Shown here: in pieces, positions 51,461-63,425 of the stretch
Layout: each line of letters begins with the position of its first letter
How positions within the stretch are numbered: the stretch's first letter is position 1
Assembly (NCBI RefSeq): GCF_001194135.2
Contig: NC_068981.1
Location: forward strand, 81,401,008-81,464,432
Origin: Octopus bimaculoides
Taxonomy: Eukaryota
Reading direction: 5' to 3'
DNA length: 63,425 bases
Notes under the pieces: generated by a model
What the model saw: only the letters and a program-made list of their open reading frames with translations
Database searches by the model: none
Told to the model about the DNA's origin: nothing
Position numbers and translations under genes: made by a program

Positions 51461-51618
51461 GTGAAAAAAAAAACAACTTTTAATTCAATTTCATAAAAGA
51501 AAGACAATGAAAAATTTGAAGTTAGTCATTTACTGACAATACAGGATGTGTACAGACTGAAAATATCTTACATAGTATCCCGGTATTACAAGTATAATTT
51601 AGTATGTTTAATATTGAT

Positions 51619-51820
51619 TTCAAATTTTGGCACAAAGCCAGCAATTTCAGAGGAAAGGCTAAGTCGATTACATTGACCCCAGTACTTAACTGGTACTTAT
51701 TTCACAGACCCTGAAAAGATGAAAGGCAAAGTCGGCCTCGGCGGAATTTGAACTCAGACGGTAAAGACGGACGAAATGCTGCTAAGCATTTTGCTCGGAC
51801 TGCTAACGATCCTGCCAGCT
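51619..51820 (-). mobile_element. SINE family F, CpG-retaining copy
   Basis: 18-bp TSD agtatgtttaatattgat. Confidence 0.85.
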
Positions 51821-52800
51821 TTACAGTATGTTTAATATTGATCCAGCCTTACAGTATGTTTAATATTGATGACTAAGACGAATATTCCAGCCAACGCTAC
51901 CAAGAAACTCTACCATAAGAAACTCACATTGGTCAATACGCAAGTTATGAAGGAGTTCTTGTAGCTGCACAAACCGTCAACGAATTTTTCTTTGAGGTGC
52001 GTTATCAATAGCATCCTGACTTATGATTGACTTTTCTCCAGTGACTATTTTCCGAGTGAATTTGACACTAATCGTCCCATGCTTCCTTTACCTTCCTTCG
52101 CCCTCATCCAAATGTTCGTCATTGCCTCCATATGGATATATCTCTCCGAAAGGCGTTACTGCGTCTCGGTATCGTGTATTAATTGGAACCACTTCAGCAA
52201 GTAATACTATTAACACACAAATACGTGTATTATTTCCATCCTCTTGATAAATCTAGAGACCTGTGTCATCCCAAGGCCGAAGTAAACTGAGGGGGTTGTC
52301 AGTGAACAAAATCTACACCTCGGTTTCGGTTCTAGGTTGCAAACATTTCACCACAGTTAAGCCAATAATTTTGAAGTGCTGCTATGAATTTATAGCCTTA
52401 TTCCAATCTAAAGAAATCAAGAATTAAACAAAGGGATGGAAATGGTAGTATCGGTAGAACAGCAACACAAAATAAAATACCTTGTTATAATGTGCTCCGT
52501 CTTTTTACGTTCTTATTTCTTAAGTTTACCTTGAGAAAACATTGCTTTTCATCCTATCATAGTTGATAAAATAAGTACTAGACGAGCTAATGAGAGAAGC
52601 CTTATTGTAGTCGGCCGATCAGCTAGAAAAAGCAACAAACTACCCCTCAACTTACATCCTACTGTCTTAAAAAGAAAAGAAGGATGTATGCTGTAGTGTA
52701 CCTTGGATCTTATTTGAATAAATGTTTACTGTCTGAGACTTAAAGAACAACACCAACACGTATGTATGCATGCATACATTACTACTACTTACTACTACTA

Positions 52801-52842
<42 letters not shown>

Positions 52843-53299
52843 GCAGCGGTGGTTTGTAACCTTGCCCAGAAATGAGAAACTAATCGGCAAAAAGATAAAC
52901 ATGATGGAACTTATTTAGCAAACAACAAATCTTAAACGAAAAAAAAAAGAAGTCTATAACCACGGAAGATCTTGTTTAAAAGCAAACATTCAAAATAGGA
53001 TTTGTTAATCTGTTCATGTAGTTCTCAATCTTGATTTCGGGACGCAGTTTTGAAAAAATGTAGTAAAAATTAAAAATGAAGAAAAACATNNNNNNNNNNN
53101 NNNNNNNNNNNNNNNNNNNNNNNNNNNNNNNNNNNNNNNNNNNNNNNNNNNNNNNNNNNNNNNNNNNNNNNNNNNNNNNNNNNNNNNNNNNNNNNNNNNN
53201 NNNNNNNNTATATATATATAAATTCAGAAGATTGGTACAAAAAGGCACCAATATTTTGCTGGAAATTAATACATTTGTATTGAAATATTTTTCATTGAT

Positions 53300-53800
53300 A
53301 TATATATATTATAGTAGGGTAGGCCGGTTTATCGGGTTACCCTGGGTTTCTCGCTCATAAGGGGTTTAGCCTTACGGCGTTCTTCAGATCCCAAACACTG
53401 CTGGCCTGAGACCTCTTTAAAATATGGAGGGAAAAAAGCTTTGTTTTAAAGGTAACACGCTTTGCCATTGTCCATCCATCTACGGACGCGCCGCCATCTT
53501 GCGGTCATCAAAGCATCGCGAAGGTAAACGATTTTTTCCCTTCGGCTTTGGCTACTGGTTTTCCTGCTGTAGTGCCGCCCTGCTGATTCCAAAAGGCCAG
53601 CAGGATTTTTCTAAAATGCAAGCATGGCCAGAAAATCTCGTGCATTCGGCAGTGCATAACTTGCACCGTTTCGTCCCGTTGATGTAGGCATGTACAGCAC
53701 AGGCAACATATATTTATAAATTTTGGCCATCCTTTCAATCATACCGTTTGACAATAACTGATTTAATCTCTTGGCGGTGGTTACACTGAAACAAACAAAG
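53300..53800. promoter_or_regulatory. GC/CpG-rich patch with a YY1-type motif; candidate promoter or first exon
   Basis: CGCCGCCATCTTG at ~53488-53500; plus-strand donors AAG|gtaaca (~53452) and AAG|gtaaac (~53524); minus-strand acceptor tttgtttgtttcag at ~53786. Confidence 0.35.
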
Positions 53801-54052
53801 ATGAAGAGAAAAACGGCTGAGACGCTCATAAGTTGAAGAAAAAGAAAAAAACGTGGTCCTGGGTACTACTAAAATGTCGGGGTAGCTTTTAATCATAGGT
53901 CTGATCAGTTACATTCAGGGCTGACCTGAGGATACACAGCCCCTTGAGCTCATACTAATGGCTGGAGCAGAATTACTTCAACTGAGAACATTTGTCAAAC
54001 TGTCGTGGTTTTTACAGTAGCGAATCTCATCCTGCAGTACTTAAATATTAGT

Positions 54053-54231
54053 TTCAAATTTTGGTACAAGGCCAGCAATTTTGGAGGAGGGGTAAGTCGA
54101 TTACATCAACCCCAGTGGTCAACTGGTACTCATTTTATCGACCTCAAAAGGATGAAAGGCAAAGTAGACCTCGGCGGAATTTGAACTCATATTGCCCGGC
54201 GTGCTAATGAGTCTGCCAGCTCGCCGCCTTC
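54053..54231 (-). mobile_element. SINE family F with internal deletion
   Basis: 19-bp TSD gcagtacttaaatatt(a/g)gt at 54034-54052 and 54232-54250. Confidence 0.85.
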
Positions 54232-54410
54232 GCAGTACTTAAATATTGGTAAATGGTTTGAACCATTTAGTTAAATGTAAAGATTTTTATTTGTTCGAGT
54301 CCTTAAAAAATGTCAAATGTCATGTAGTTCTTTTTAAAGAACTCGAGTAGAGTATGACTTCTGTATTTTGAGTGACTATTTCGAAAGAGAAACATAAATA
54401 TCGAAAAATA

Positions 54411-55212
54411 AATATTCGCCTTTGTATAACCTACCACAACTGCATGAGATAAAGTACACGCAGTTTTTGGTTATATTCTCTTCTATGGGTGGTTTTACTC
54501 GGAGAAATATTTGCGAAGTGTTGTATTACTTCTGAATACTGTCCTGATGTCATATGGACCGCATATCTTTTGTATCTTTTCCGAGAGGCCTCTGACATAG
54601 GGTAGACAGACTGTGGTCAGTTTATGGGTTTCATCCTCTCTCCTCTTCCTAATTGGAGTGGATAGTATGTTCTTTGGGTAGATGTTGCATAGCAGATTGT
54701 TTCTTAGCCTGATCATTTCTTCCTGGTGTGTATCAGGATCGCTACTTATAGTCTTTGCGCGATGTCTTAGGCGCTGAACAACCCCTCTCTTTATACTGCA
54801 TGGATGGTGGGAATTGAAGTGGAGGTATTGTCCAGAGAATGTTGGGTTGCGGTATACGGATGTCCTGAACCCATACTCCGTGCGTGTTATTAATACGTCT
54901 AGGAATGCCAGCTGATTGTCCTTTACCTTTTCCAGTGTGAACTGTATGGGTGGCTTTATTGGATTCACATGATCTAGTAATATTTGGACATCCTCCTGGT
55001 GGAGCCAAAGTATGAAGGTGTCATCAACATATCGAATCCATAGGGTTGGTTTTAGTGGTTTTGATCCTAAAGCCAAATTCTCAAAGTATTCCATGTATAT
55101 ATTCGCTATTACTGGTGATAATATACTCTTCCATAGTACACACCTCATGTTGACACCTATACGTCAGACTGAACGCTGTTTTATCTCCAAAGTGAATACT
55201 GCAAGTGATATT
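54411..55212 (-). mobile_element. Penelope-like element: RT, thumb and start of GIY-YIG
   Basis: ILSPVIANIYMEYFE..WIRYVDDTF..FLDVLITR..VYRNPTFSGQYLHFNSHHP..VCLPYVRGLSEKIQKI.. then KNCVYFISCSCGRLYKGE; no Cys linker, so Poseidon/Penelope-like. Confidence 0.9.
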
Positions 55213-55568
55213 TAAGCAATAAACAGTTCTTTTGCATTTGACGACTGTTGCTTTACGTATTTCATTTCGATTTTCACTGGCGTAGTGGTAAGAACNNNNN
55301 NNNNNNNNNNNNNNNNNNNNNNNNNNNNNNNNNNNNNNNNNNNNNNNNNNNNNNNNNNNNNNNNNNNNNNNNNNNNNNNNNNNNNNNNNNNNNNNNNNNN
55401 NNNNNNNNNNNNNNNNNNNNNNNNNNNNNNNNNNNNNNNNNNNNNNNNNNNNNNNNNNNNNNNNNNNNNNNNNNNNNNNNNNNNNNNNNNNNNNNNNNNN
55501 NNNNNNNNNNNNNNNNNNNNNNNNNNNNNNNNNNNNNNNNNNNNNNNNNNNNNNNNNNNNNNNNNNNN

Positions 55569-55703
55569 CCAGGATTTATTCTTTGTAAGCCTAGTACTTA
55601 TTCTCTCGGTCTCTTTTGCCGAACCGCTAAGTTACGGGGACGTAAACACACCAGCATCGATTGTCAAGCGATGCTGGGGGGACAAACACAGACACACAAA
55701 CAC

Positions 55704-55736
<33 letters not shown>

Positions 55737-55890
55737 CGACGGGCTTCTTCCAGTTTCTGTCTACCAAATCCACTCACAAGGCTTTGGTCGGCCCGAGGCT
55801 ATAGCGGAAGACACTTGCCTAAGGTGCCATGCAGTGGGACTGAATCCGGAACCATGTGGTTGGTAAGCAAGCTACTTACCACACAGCCAG
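55569..55890 (-). mobile_element. SINE family B, young copy
   Basis: Near-identical reverse complement of 43745-44070. Confidence 0.85.
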
Positions 55891-56039
55891 GCAAGGTTTT
55901 AGATGTAATCCCCCAAATTTTTCACGTTTCTTTCAAGTGAATTTTGTTGAGAGTATCTTCAGAAAATTGAGTAATCACCAGTTACTTATTTGGTTTATTT
56001 TCACTTTTTTGCTCACTTTTCTAACTGCCTTTTCCTAGT

Positions 56040-57390
56040 AGTTTTTCATGTCAACTGGTTTATCGCATGAAAAACAGTTGTAAGAATACATTTGACCGCA
56101 AATGCACGAGGTTGATTACAGCTAATTAAAGCTAGAGTGATATCGATTCTTTTAGCCGCTTACAAACGTGTGAAAACGCAGAAATGAATACAGTTGTTCG
56201 TGGTCTAATATTTAAACCAAAATGAGAATGTATTTACAAATAGCAAGCTTTATTTACATATATTTATCATTTAAATGTGAAAACGTAGAAATGAATTCTA
56301 TGTCGGTTAATGAACAGAATGGCGGAAAAAACAGGACAAAAGGTAATGTAAACAGTTCGGTTGGCGGGAAGGCAATCTATATGAACCTACGTGTTAAATT
56401 GATGGGAGATTACCTGGAGCAAGTGGAAGACTATCCAATAAAAATCAAAAATGGTCAGTTTCAAAACAGGGCATTTTTTGGAAAAGTAACAGTAACCTAA
56501 TGGGAACAGTAAGTAATCACAGAAGGGACTAACCTTAAAGGGCTTTCAACTCCATGGAAATAACTATTGGAGGGCTGTCTTGTGAACCACATTCCTTGTC
56601 AATCCTCCAGGAGAATAGTAGAATAGATTGGCTCAGTTTCCAACTCCCGAACAGCATGCATATAGCTGCCCGCGTGAAAAACATGGAGTGCCCAACCACT
56701 TTGAGTGATTGCCCCTGGGCTTCGTTGATGGTCATGGCAAAGCTTAGACGTACAGGGAACTGTACCCTGATGTTTAAACAATTAACAGTTCTTTGGCTTT
56801 TGCATTTGACGACTGTTGCTTTAAGTATTTTATTTCGATTTTCACTGACGTAGTGGTAAGAACAACGGGATACGTAACAGTAGTTCCGAATGAAAATAAA
56901 AATAGAAGTTTTAATCATCCGATGGACAGACAAACATTATAAAAATAGCGATTCTCACTTTGAAACTGACAATTTTGAAAATCTTTTTAGATTACGGAAC
57001 GTCCCGATCTCTCATGTAATTGTATTGAGCCCTCTACTTATAGAGAGAGGGAGACAGAGATAGAGGCAGAGAGAGGAAAGAAGAGAGGCAGCATAGCGAC
57101 AGTTTTGGCTGTCATCCTGTACTCACCTTGTTGCCAGCGAAATGGTGTGTGCCGGCTGTCTGAGCAAATCGTTGCTTCTAATGAACAGGATGGCGGAAGA
57201 AACAGAACAAAAATATTACAAAAATAGCGATTCTCACTTTGAAACTGCCAATTTTGAAAATCGTTTTAGATTACGGAATGCCACGCACTCTCATGTATCC
57301 ACGTTTAAAATTTCAGCGCGATCGGATGAAAAATACTCAGGTTATAAGCGCACAAAAAACAGACAGACAGAACTGGATTTATATATTAGA
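56040..57390 (-). mobile_element. Non-autonomous Helitron carrying a Pif1-helicase C-terminal fragment (56564-56780)
   Basis: 5' TC terminus TCTAATATATAAATCC at 57390; QFPVRLSFAMTINEAQGQSLKVVG / PCFSRGQLYACCSGVG..TRNVVHKTALQ*. The 3' end was not located. Confidence 0.85.
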
Positions 57391-59942
57391 CTAGCAGAGA
57401 TACCCGGCGATGCTCAGGATTAAAATAGCATAGTTTGTATATAATATATTACAGTTATGTTAAAACAGATAATATGCAAAAGTGCAGCATTGACAACAAA
57501 ACATTTGTGGAATAAATGATGGGCTAATTCGACTAAACAACATGCTATGCGTCCGTTTGCAGTATTTCAGACCCTGACCTGTTGGGGTTATGTGATTTTC
57601 GAATGCACCAAAAAGCTGTCAGCGGATATGCTCTCTTTTGCAGCAGTCGGCGCTGTGTCCAACACGACCCGTCATCTGAAATTTTGACACCTCCTTCGGA
57701 TTTGTTGTCCAACATCACTCATAAAGTAAATTTGGAGGAACTGTTGTTCATTTGTCGATAACAGGAAACCAATGAGGTGATAGACTTGTCCTTGAACTTT
57801 GACGTCGTCGTAAATTCATGTTTATCTATCTTCTTAGATGCACCAAAACGATGTCATTTGCAGAGTTGTATTGTCTGATATTGTTCAGAAAATCCTTTGA
57901 CTGGATGGAAATGCCTTCTAGAAGATCCATAAAAGGTTGAGAAGGAGCTGGTAGTGCTGGCAATGTTACCTGACCGCTTGAGCAGCACATACCATTTGTT
58001 TCATTTGAAAATTTTAAAGCTCTACAGAAAAGACAATTTGTGTTTAGTACACCAATTTGGACAGAGTTATCATTTTTATAAGAATGGGATGGATCATATC
58101 TGAAAACAGCTTCAGGAGTTGCGAAGAACGAATTTGTNNNNNNNNNNNNNNNNNNNNNNNNNNNNNNNNNNNNNNNNNNNNNNNNNNNNNNNNNNNNNNN
58201 NNNNNNNNNNNNNNNNNNNNNNNNNNNNNNNNNNNNNNNNNNNNNNNNNNNNNNNNNNNNNNNNNNNNNNNNNNNNNNNNNNNNNNNNNNNNNNNNNNNN
58301 NNNNNNNNNNNNNNNNNNNNNNNNNNNNNNNNNNNNNNNNNNNNNNNNNNNNNNNNNNNNNNNNNNNNNNNNNNNNNNNNNNNNNNNNNNNNNNNNNNNN
58401 NNNNNNNNNNNNNNNNNNNNNNNNNNNNNNNNNNNNNNNNNNNNNNNNNNNNNNNNNNNNNNNNNNNNNNNNNNNNNNNNNNNNNNNNNNNNNNNNNNNN
58501 NNNNNNNNNNNNNNNNNNNNNNNNNNNNNNNNNNNNNNNNNNNNNNNNNNNNNNNNNNNNNNNNNNNNNNNNNNNNNNNNNNNNNNNNNNNNNNNNNNNN
58601 NNNNNNNNNNNNNNNNNNNNNNNNNNNNNNNNNNNNNNNNNNNNNNNNNNNNNNNNNNNNNNNNNNNNNNNNNNNNNNNNNNNNNNNNNNNNNNNNNNNN
58701 NNNNNNNNNNNNNNNNNNNNNNNNNNNNNNNNNNNNNNNNNNNNNNNNNNNNNNNNNNNNNNNNNNNNNNNNNNNNNNNNNNNNNNNNNNNNNNNNNNNN
58801 NNNNNNNNNNNNNNNNNNNNNNNNNNNNNNNNNNNNNNNNNNNNGGTGTGTGTCGTGATGATTGATTAAGGTACATACGTATATAGAAAATGTGACGCCA
58901 TCGTATAAAATGTTTTACGATAGTTGATTTATGGAAAAGATTATGTTTAATTTTTGAAATGCAAATATGTGAATAGAAATTAAGTTAAATTTGTAGCCGA
59001 AATAGTACTGAATCTTTTGATACTCCGTACGTCAAAATCTGTAACTCGATTTTGGAATGCGTAAGGAATATACATATATGGGACAGTATCTCACATTGCA
59101 ATAGAAAGGTAATACTGAAATACTGTAAGAGATAAGAGATTACTCTGGACTCGCATTAGGCAAGAAGTTGGAAATTCTTTTTCCCATGACACTGCATGGA
59201 CCTTGGCTTTTGTATTTGACGCATGTTGCTTTAAGTATTTTATTTCGATTTTATGTATATATGTATAAGCTAATGAAGGAGACCTCTACATTGTAGCTAG
59301 AGTTGGTAGAATTAGCAGCCAAATTTCCCTGAAAACACCCTACTGTCTTAATCCGACAATTCTGCCTGTTACGTAGTGTGAATGAGAAACTGTAACTAAA
59401 GATTAAGATTATTAACCCCAAAATTTTACGCGTTTTAATAGCAATCAATTTTTCTATTTGCTTTCCTCATAGTTTTTCATGTCAGATGTAAAGGTGAAGA
59501 GGGTTAACTTGGACGCTGTTAAGTAGTGGCGATGTTTGGTGATTGTATGTGGTGGTTACTTTTGACTGTTTGTTCTCAATAAGGATAATTGATTGATAAC
59601 GAATCTTAACACAATATATACACAACTTGAAGTGGAATTGGACGTCATAAGAGACACAGAGAGCGGAAAGAAGAGAGACAGCACAGCAAACAGTTTTGGC
59701 TGACTGTGCTGGCTGTCTGAGCAACTGGTTGCTTTTAATGGCGGAACAAACAGGACAAAAAGATTACAAAAATAGCGATTTTCACTTTAAACTAAGAATT
59801 TTGAAAATCTTTTTAGATTACGGAACTCCCCGCTCTTTCGTGTATCCATGATTAAAGTTTCAACGCAATCGGATGAACAATACTCGAGTTATAAGCGCAC
59901 AAACAGACAGACAGACAGACAAAACGGGATTTATATATTAGA
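57391..59942 (-). mobile_element. Non-autonomous Helitron with Rep N-terminal fragment (contains N gap)
   Basis: 5' TCTAATATATAAATCC at ~59942; 3' hairpin plus CTAG at 57391-57394; 57700-58110 encodes RYDP..C.FC.ALKF.NET.GMCCS..NIRQYNS..FKVQGQVYHLIG. That the two sides of the gap form one element is inferred. Confidence 0.75.
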
Positions 59943-60754
59943 TTATATATTAGATAATAATTCGTATTTCTCTTCAACTATTTTTATGTATTTGTGTGTC
60001 TGTGTTTGTCCCTACATCATCGCTTGACAACTGATGTTAGTGTTTACGTCCCCGTAACTTAGCGGTTCGGTAAAAGAGACCGAGAGAATAAGTACTAGGC
60101 TTACAAAGAATAAGTCCTGGGGGTCGAATTGTTCGACTAAAGGCGGTGCTCCATCACGGCCGCAGTCAAATGATTGAAACAATCATTAATAAAATAATGA
60201 AAGAAAGATCACGTAAAAGTGGCCGTAATTTTTGTTGTTTGTTTTCGTAAGAAAAGAAAGAAAAGAAATCCGTTGGAATGCATAATTATTTTATGACATG
60301 AAAATGATTGGGAAAGTTGATTTCTCGTTACAGAATACTTATCAGGATCGCGGTATTCACGTAACGCAAGAGATTTCTTGTACTTTCTAAGCATATGTAA
60401 CCCCGTTTCGCTCAATTAACTAACCTATACAGACTTCTATAAAGAAGATAGAGACTGTGGAATTTCTCACTTCGATCTTCTTTTGATCTCTATTTTTATC
60501 TCTTTTCGAGCCAACTAGGGAAGATGCACGTAGTCGCCATACGTGCTTGAATAACAGATAAATTTCCATCAAATCACACCCTACTTTCTTAAAAGCAGGA
60601 GTAACACATTAGATAATGTAGTCATAAATACACACGATGAATAATGAAAAACGAAAACAAAAAAAGAACATAAATCACGACAGGAATGCTTTTAATGTAG
60701 ATCAGGGATGAACCGGGGTTTAAACAACAGCAAGAACAATATATTACTTCTCTT

Positions 60755-60940
60755 CACGCCGGGCGAAATGCTTAGCGGTATTTCGTCTGTCTTTACGTTC
60801 TGAATTCAAATTCCGCCGAGGTCGACTTTGCTTTTCATCCTTTCGGGGTCGATAAATTAAGCACCAGTTGCGTACTGGGATCGATCTGATCGACTGACCC
60901 CCTCCCCGAAAATTTCGGGCCTTGTGCCTAGAGAAGATAA
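60755..60940 (+). mobile_element. SINE family F, CpG-rich copy
   Basis: B-box gttcaaattcc-type sequence; intact CpGs. Confidence 0.85.
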
Positions 60941-61399
60941 GAATATATAACTTCTTTCTCCCATCAGAGAAATTCAGATATTGTTGTAATCACTATTATA
61001 CGTAAAAAAAAAACAATGAATGTTNNNNNNNNNNNNNNNNNNNNNNNNNNNNNNNNNNNNNNNNNNNNNNNNNNNNNNNNNNNNNNNNNNNNNNNNNNNN
61101 NNNNNNNNNNNNNNNNNNNNNNNNNNNNNNNNNNNNNNNNNNNNNNNNNNNNNNNNNNNNNNNNNNNNNNNNNNNNNNNNNNNNNNNNNNNNNNNNNNNN
61201 NNNNNNNNNNNNNNNNNNNNNNNNNNNNNCACACACATTAAGAAATTTATCTATAATAATTATTGTGGCATTTATCATTAAATTAGCAGTTCATACATCT
61301 GCTCTTATTTGGTTAATTTATACTGCATACAAAAATAAAAACATACTACATACATATAACTGATTACAAAAATAGGGATTAATGTATAAATTCTTTCTA

Positions 61400-62414
61400 A
61401 TTTCATAATTTTTTGCTTACGATATTGAAAAAATATCCCACAAAAGAAAAGACTTAATCTCTCCAGAAACAAGTATAAAGCAAGGAGGATTGTAGAAAAC
61501 CGAAAGCAAGAGTCTGAAGAGAGAAGCGAGATGAGATCTTTTCAAGATCAGCAAATGCATGTTGCAGCACTTAATGCTGGATCATTAAATCAATGTTTTA
61601 ATGATTAGACAGAGGTCCAATAGAATAGCTCTCAGAAACAGACTACGTACAAATTTGTTCTTCACAACTCCTGATGCTGTTTTCAGATATGATCCATCCC
61701 ATTCTTATAAAAATGATAACTCTGTCCAAATTGGTGTGCTGAACACAAATTGTCGTTTCTGTAGAGCTTTAAAATTTTCAAATGAAACAAATGGTATGTG
61801 TTGCTCAGGTGATCAGGTAACATTGCCAGCACTACCAGCTCCTTCTAAACCTCTTATGGATCTTCTAGAAGGCATTTCCAACCAGTCAAAGGATGTTCTG
61901 TACAATATCAGACAATACAACTCTGCATTTCAAATGACATCGTTTACTGCATCTAAGAGGATAGATAAACATGAATTTACGCCGACATCAAAGTTCAAGG
62001 GCGAGTCTATCACCTCATTGGTTCCCTGTTACAGACAAATGAACGACCACAGTTCCTCTAAATATACTTTATGAATGATGTAGGACAACAAACACAAAGG
62101 AGGTGTCAAAATTTCAGATGATGGGTCGTGTTAGAAACAGCGCCGACTGCTGCAAAAGAGAGTATATCGACTGACAGCTTTTCAATGCGTCCAAAAATCA
62201 CATAACCCCCACCCCCAATTTTCCATGACATGTTAGGGCCTGAAATACTCTAAAAAGACGCATAGCACGTTGCTTAGTCGAATTAGCGCATCATTTACTC
62301 CACAAATGTTTTGTTGTCAATGTTGCACTTTTCCATATCACCTGTTTCAACATAACCGTAATATATTATATACTATGACATTTAAATCCCGAGCAACACC
62401 GGGTATCTCTGCTA

Positions 62415-62415
<1 letters not shown>
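61400..62415 (+). mobile_element. Helitron copy inverted relative to 57391-58110
   Basis: PQKKRLNLSRNKYKARRIVENRKQESEE.. and ORF 61601-62074 (Rep N-terminal zinc region); 3' hairpin cccg-agcaacac-cggg plus CTAG|T at 62412-62416. Confidence 0.9.
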
Positions 62416-62464
<49 letters not shown>

Positions 62465-62564
62465 NNNNNNNNNNNNNNNNNNNNNNNNNNNNNNNNNNNN
62501 NNNNNNNNNNNNNNNNNNNNNNNNNNNNNNNNNNNNNNNNNNNNNNNNNNNNNNAATATATATT

Positions 62565-62614
<50 letters not shown>

Positions 62615-62618
62615 TAAT

Positions 62619-62925
62619 ATTATCAAGGGCAATGATAAATATTAGAAATTTCTACTACCAGTGGCCTAGCGTGTAAAATTTAGTGTACATTTAAACACAT
62701 AAGAGGCATCCATCATTTTTCATTCCCTTCGAAGTTTTATCCCTAAATAGTGGTATGAAATTTAACTGTTCTTTCTAGCGTGCAAGGAATCCATATGATG
62801 GATGCCTCTTATGTGTTAAAATGTACACTGTATTTATATGAATAATTTATAGTCTATTGACGAAATTTTACACGCTAGGCCACTGGTAGTAGAAATTTCT
62901 AATATTTCTCATTGTCCTTGATAAT
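62619..62925. mobile_element. MITE-like element with ~60-bp TIRs
   Basis: attatcaagggcaatgataaatattagaaatttctactaccagtggcctagcgtgtaaaattt and its reverse complement. Confidence 0.75.
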
Positions 62926-63425
62926 TTTTTTCTGGATAATTTTCGATTTGAAAAGTCGACATTTTAATTTACTGCCGACGAGGAGCTGCGCTTGCGCGGT
63001 AGATTTGAAAAATTAGAATGTGTAAGCATGAGGCAGATACTGGATTGCCTTGTGTATATATGTTTAATCTAAGGTGTACCTGCCGAAGAAGACTTCGCCT
63101 AGCAAATTAGGATCTAGTTCAAAACGGGGGCACCAGTTTTCATTTATGTTTTATGTAGTGTTTTTGGTATCGAAAGACTTTCAAACTTCGTATACTTATC
63201 TATTTTGTGTTATAGAACAGAAAACAATTTTTGTATTCGGAGTTATTTCATGTAAAAAATTCTTATTTCGATAATTTCAACCAATCACTGACAAGTATTC
63301 AGCTGTTTACAGTTACTCCTTTGGCAGTTTAAGCGGTGTAAAGCGTATTTAATCTCCGTTTATAATTTCGTTAACATCTGCCTGAACTGTATGTGTACAA
63401 CATTTGCTTTTTTCATTTTCTTTCA

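Noticed and set aside
23070-62632. Long ORFs containing X runs
   Set aside because: Artefacts of translating N gaps.
63395-63425. Polypyrimidine tract at the window end as a plus-strand splice acceptor
   Set aside because: The required G is outside the window and cannot be verified.
63073-63425. Kolobok-like transposon left end (taa|ggtgtacctg)
   Set aside because: Only one end is visible and the TTAA site is imperfect.

Overview
AT-rich, repeat-saturated animal genomic DNA from a draft assembly with 10 N gaps. I recognise the tRNA-headed SINEs, RTE-tailed repeats and microsatellite load as an Octopus/coleoid pattern (inference, no search run). There is no intact gene or transposon ORF; most long ORFs in the track are N-gap or microsatellite artefacts. 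Translatable remnants include RTE LINEs, three apparently different Penelope-like elements (PLEs), Tc1 and mariner transposases, and a Helitron cluster (55.2-62.4 kb). hAT, piggyBac and Tc-type MITEs with target-site duplications (TSDs) are also present. About 1-45 kb looks CpG-depleted and carries a few candidate minus-strand micro-exons, while about 47-63 kb retains CpGs. The best leads are RNA-level. (1) Two copies of a short element at (TA)n tracts carry the same non-canonical minimal hammerhead (HHR). (2) A PLE fold-back at 3.97-6.16 kb has CCAAT/TATA and a hammerhead-like motif in both arms. (3) A 191-bp identical direct repeat at 33.8-34.7 kb lies downstream of 3x60-bp repeats and a TATA box and has strong multibranch/pseudoknot potential (retrozyme-like hypothesis). 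(4) A near-perfect ~75-bp-arm hairpin is built from a tRNA-like head.
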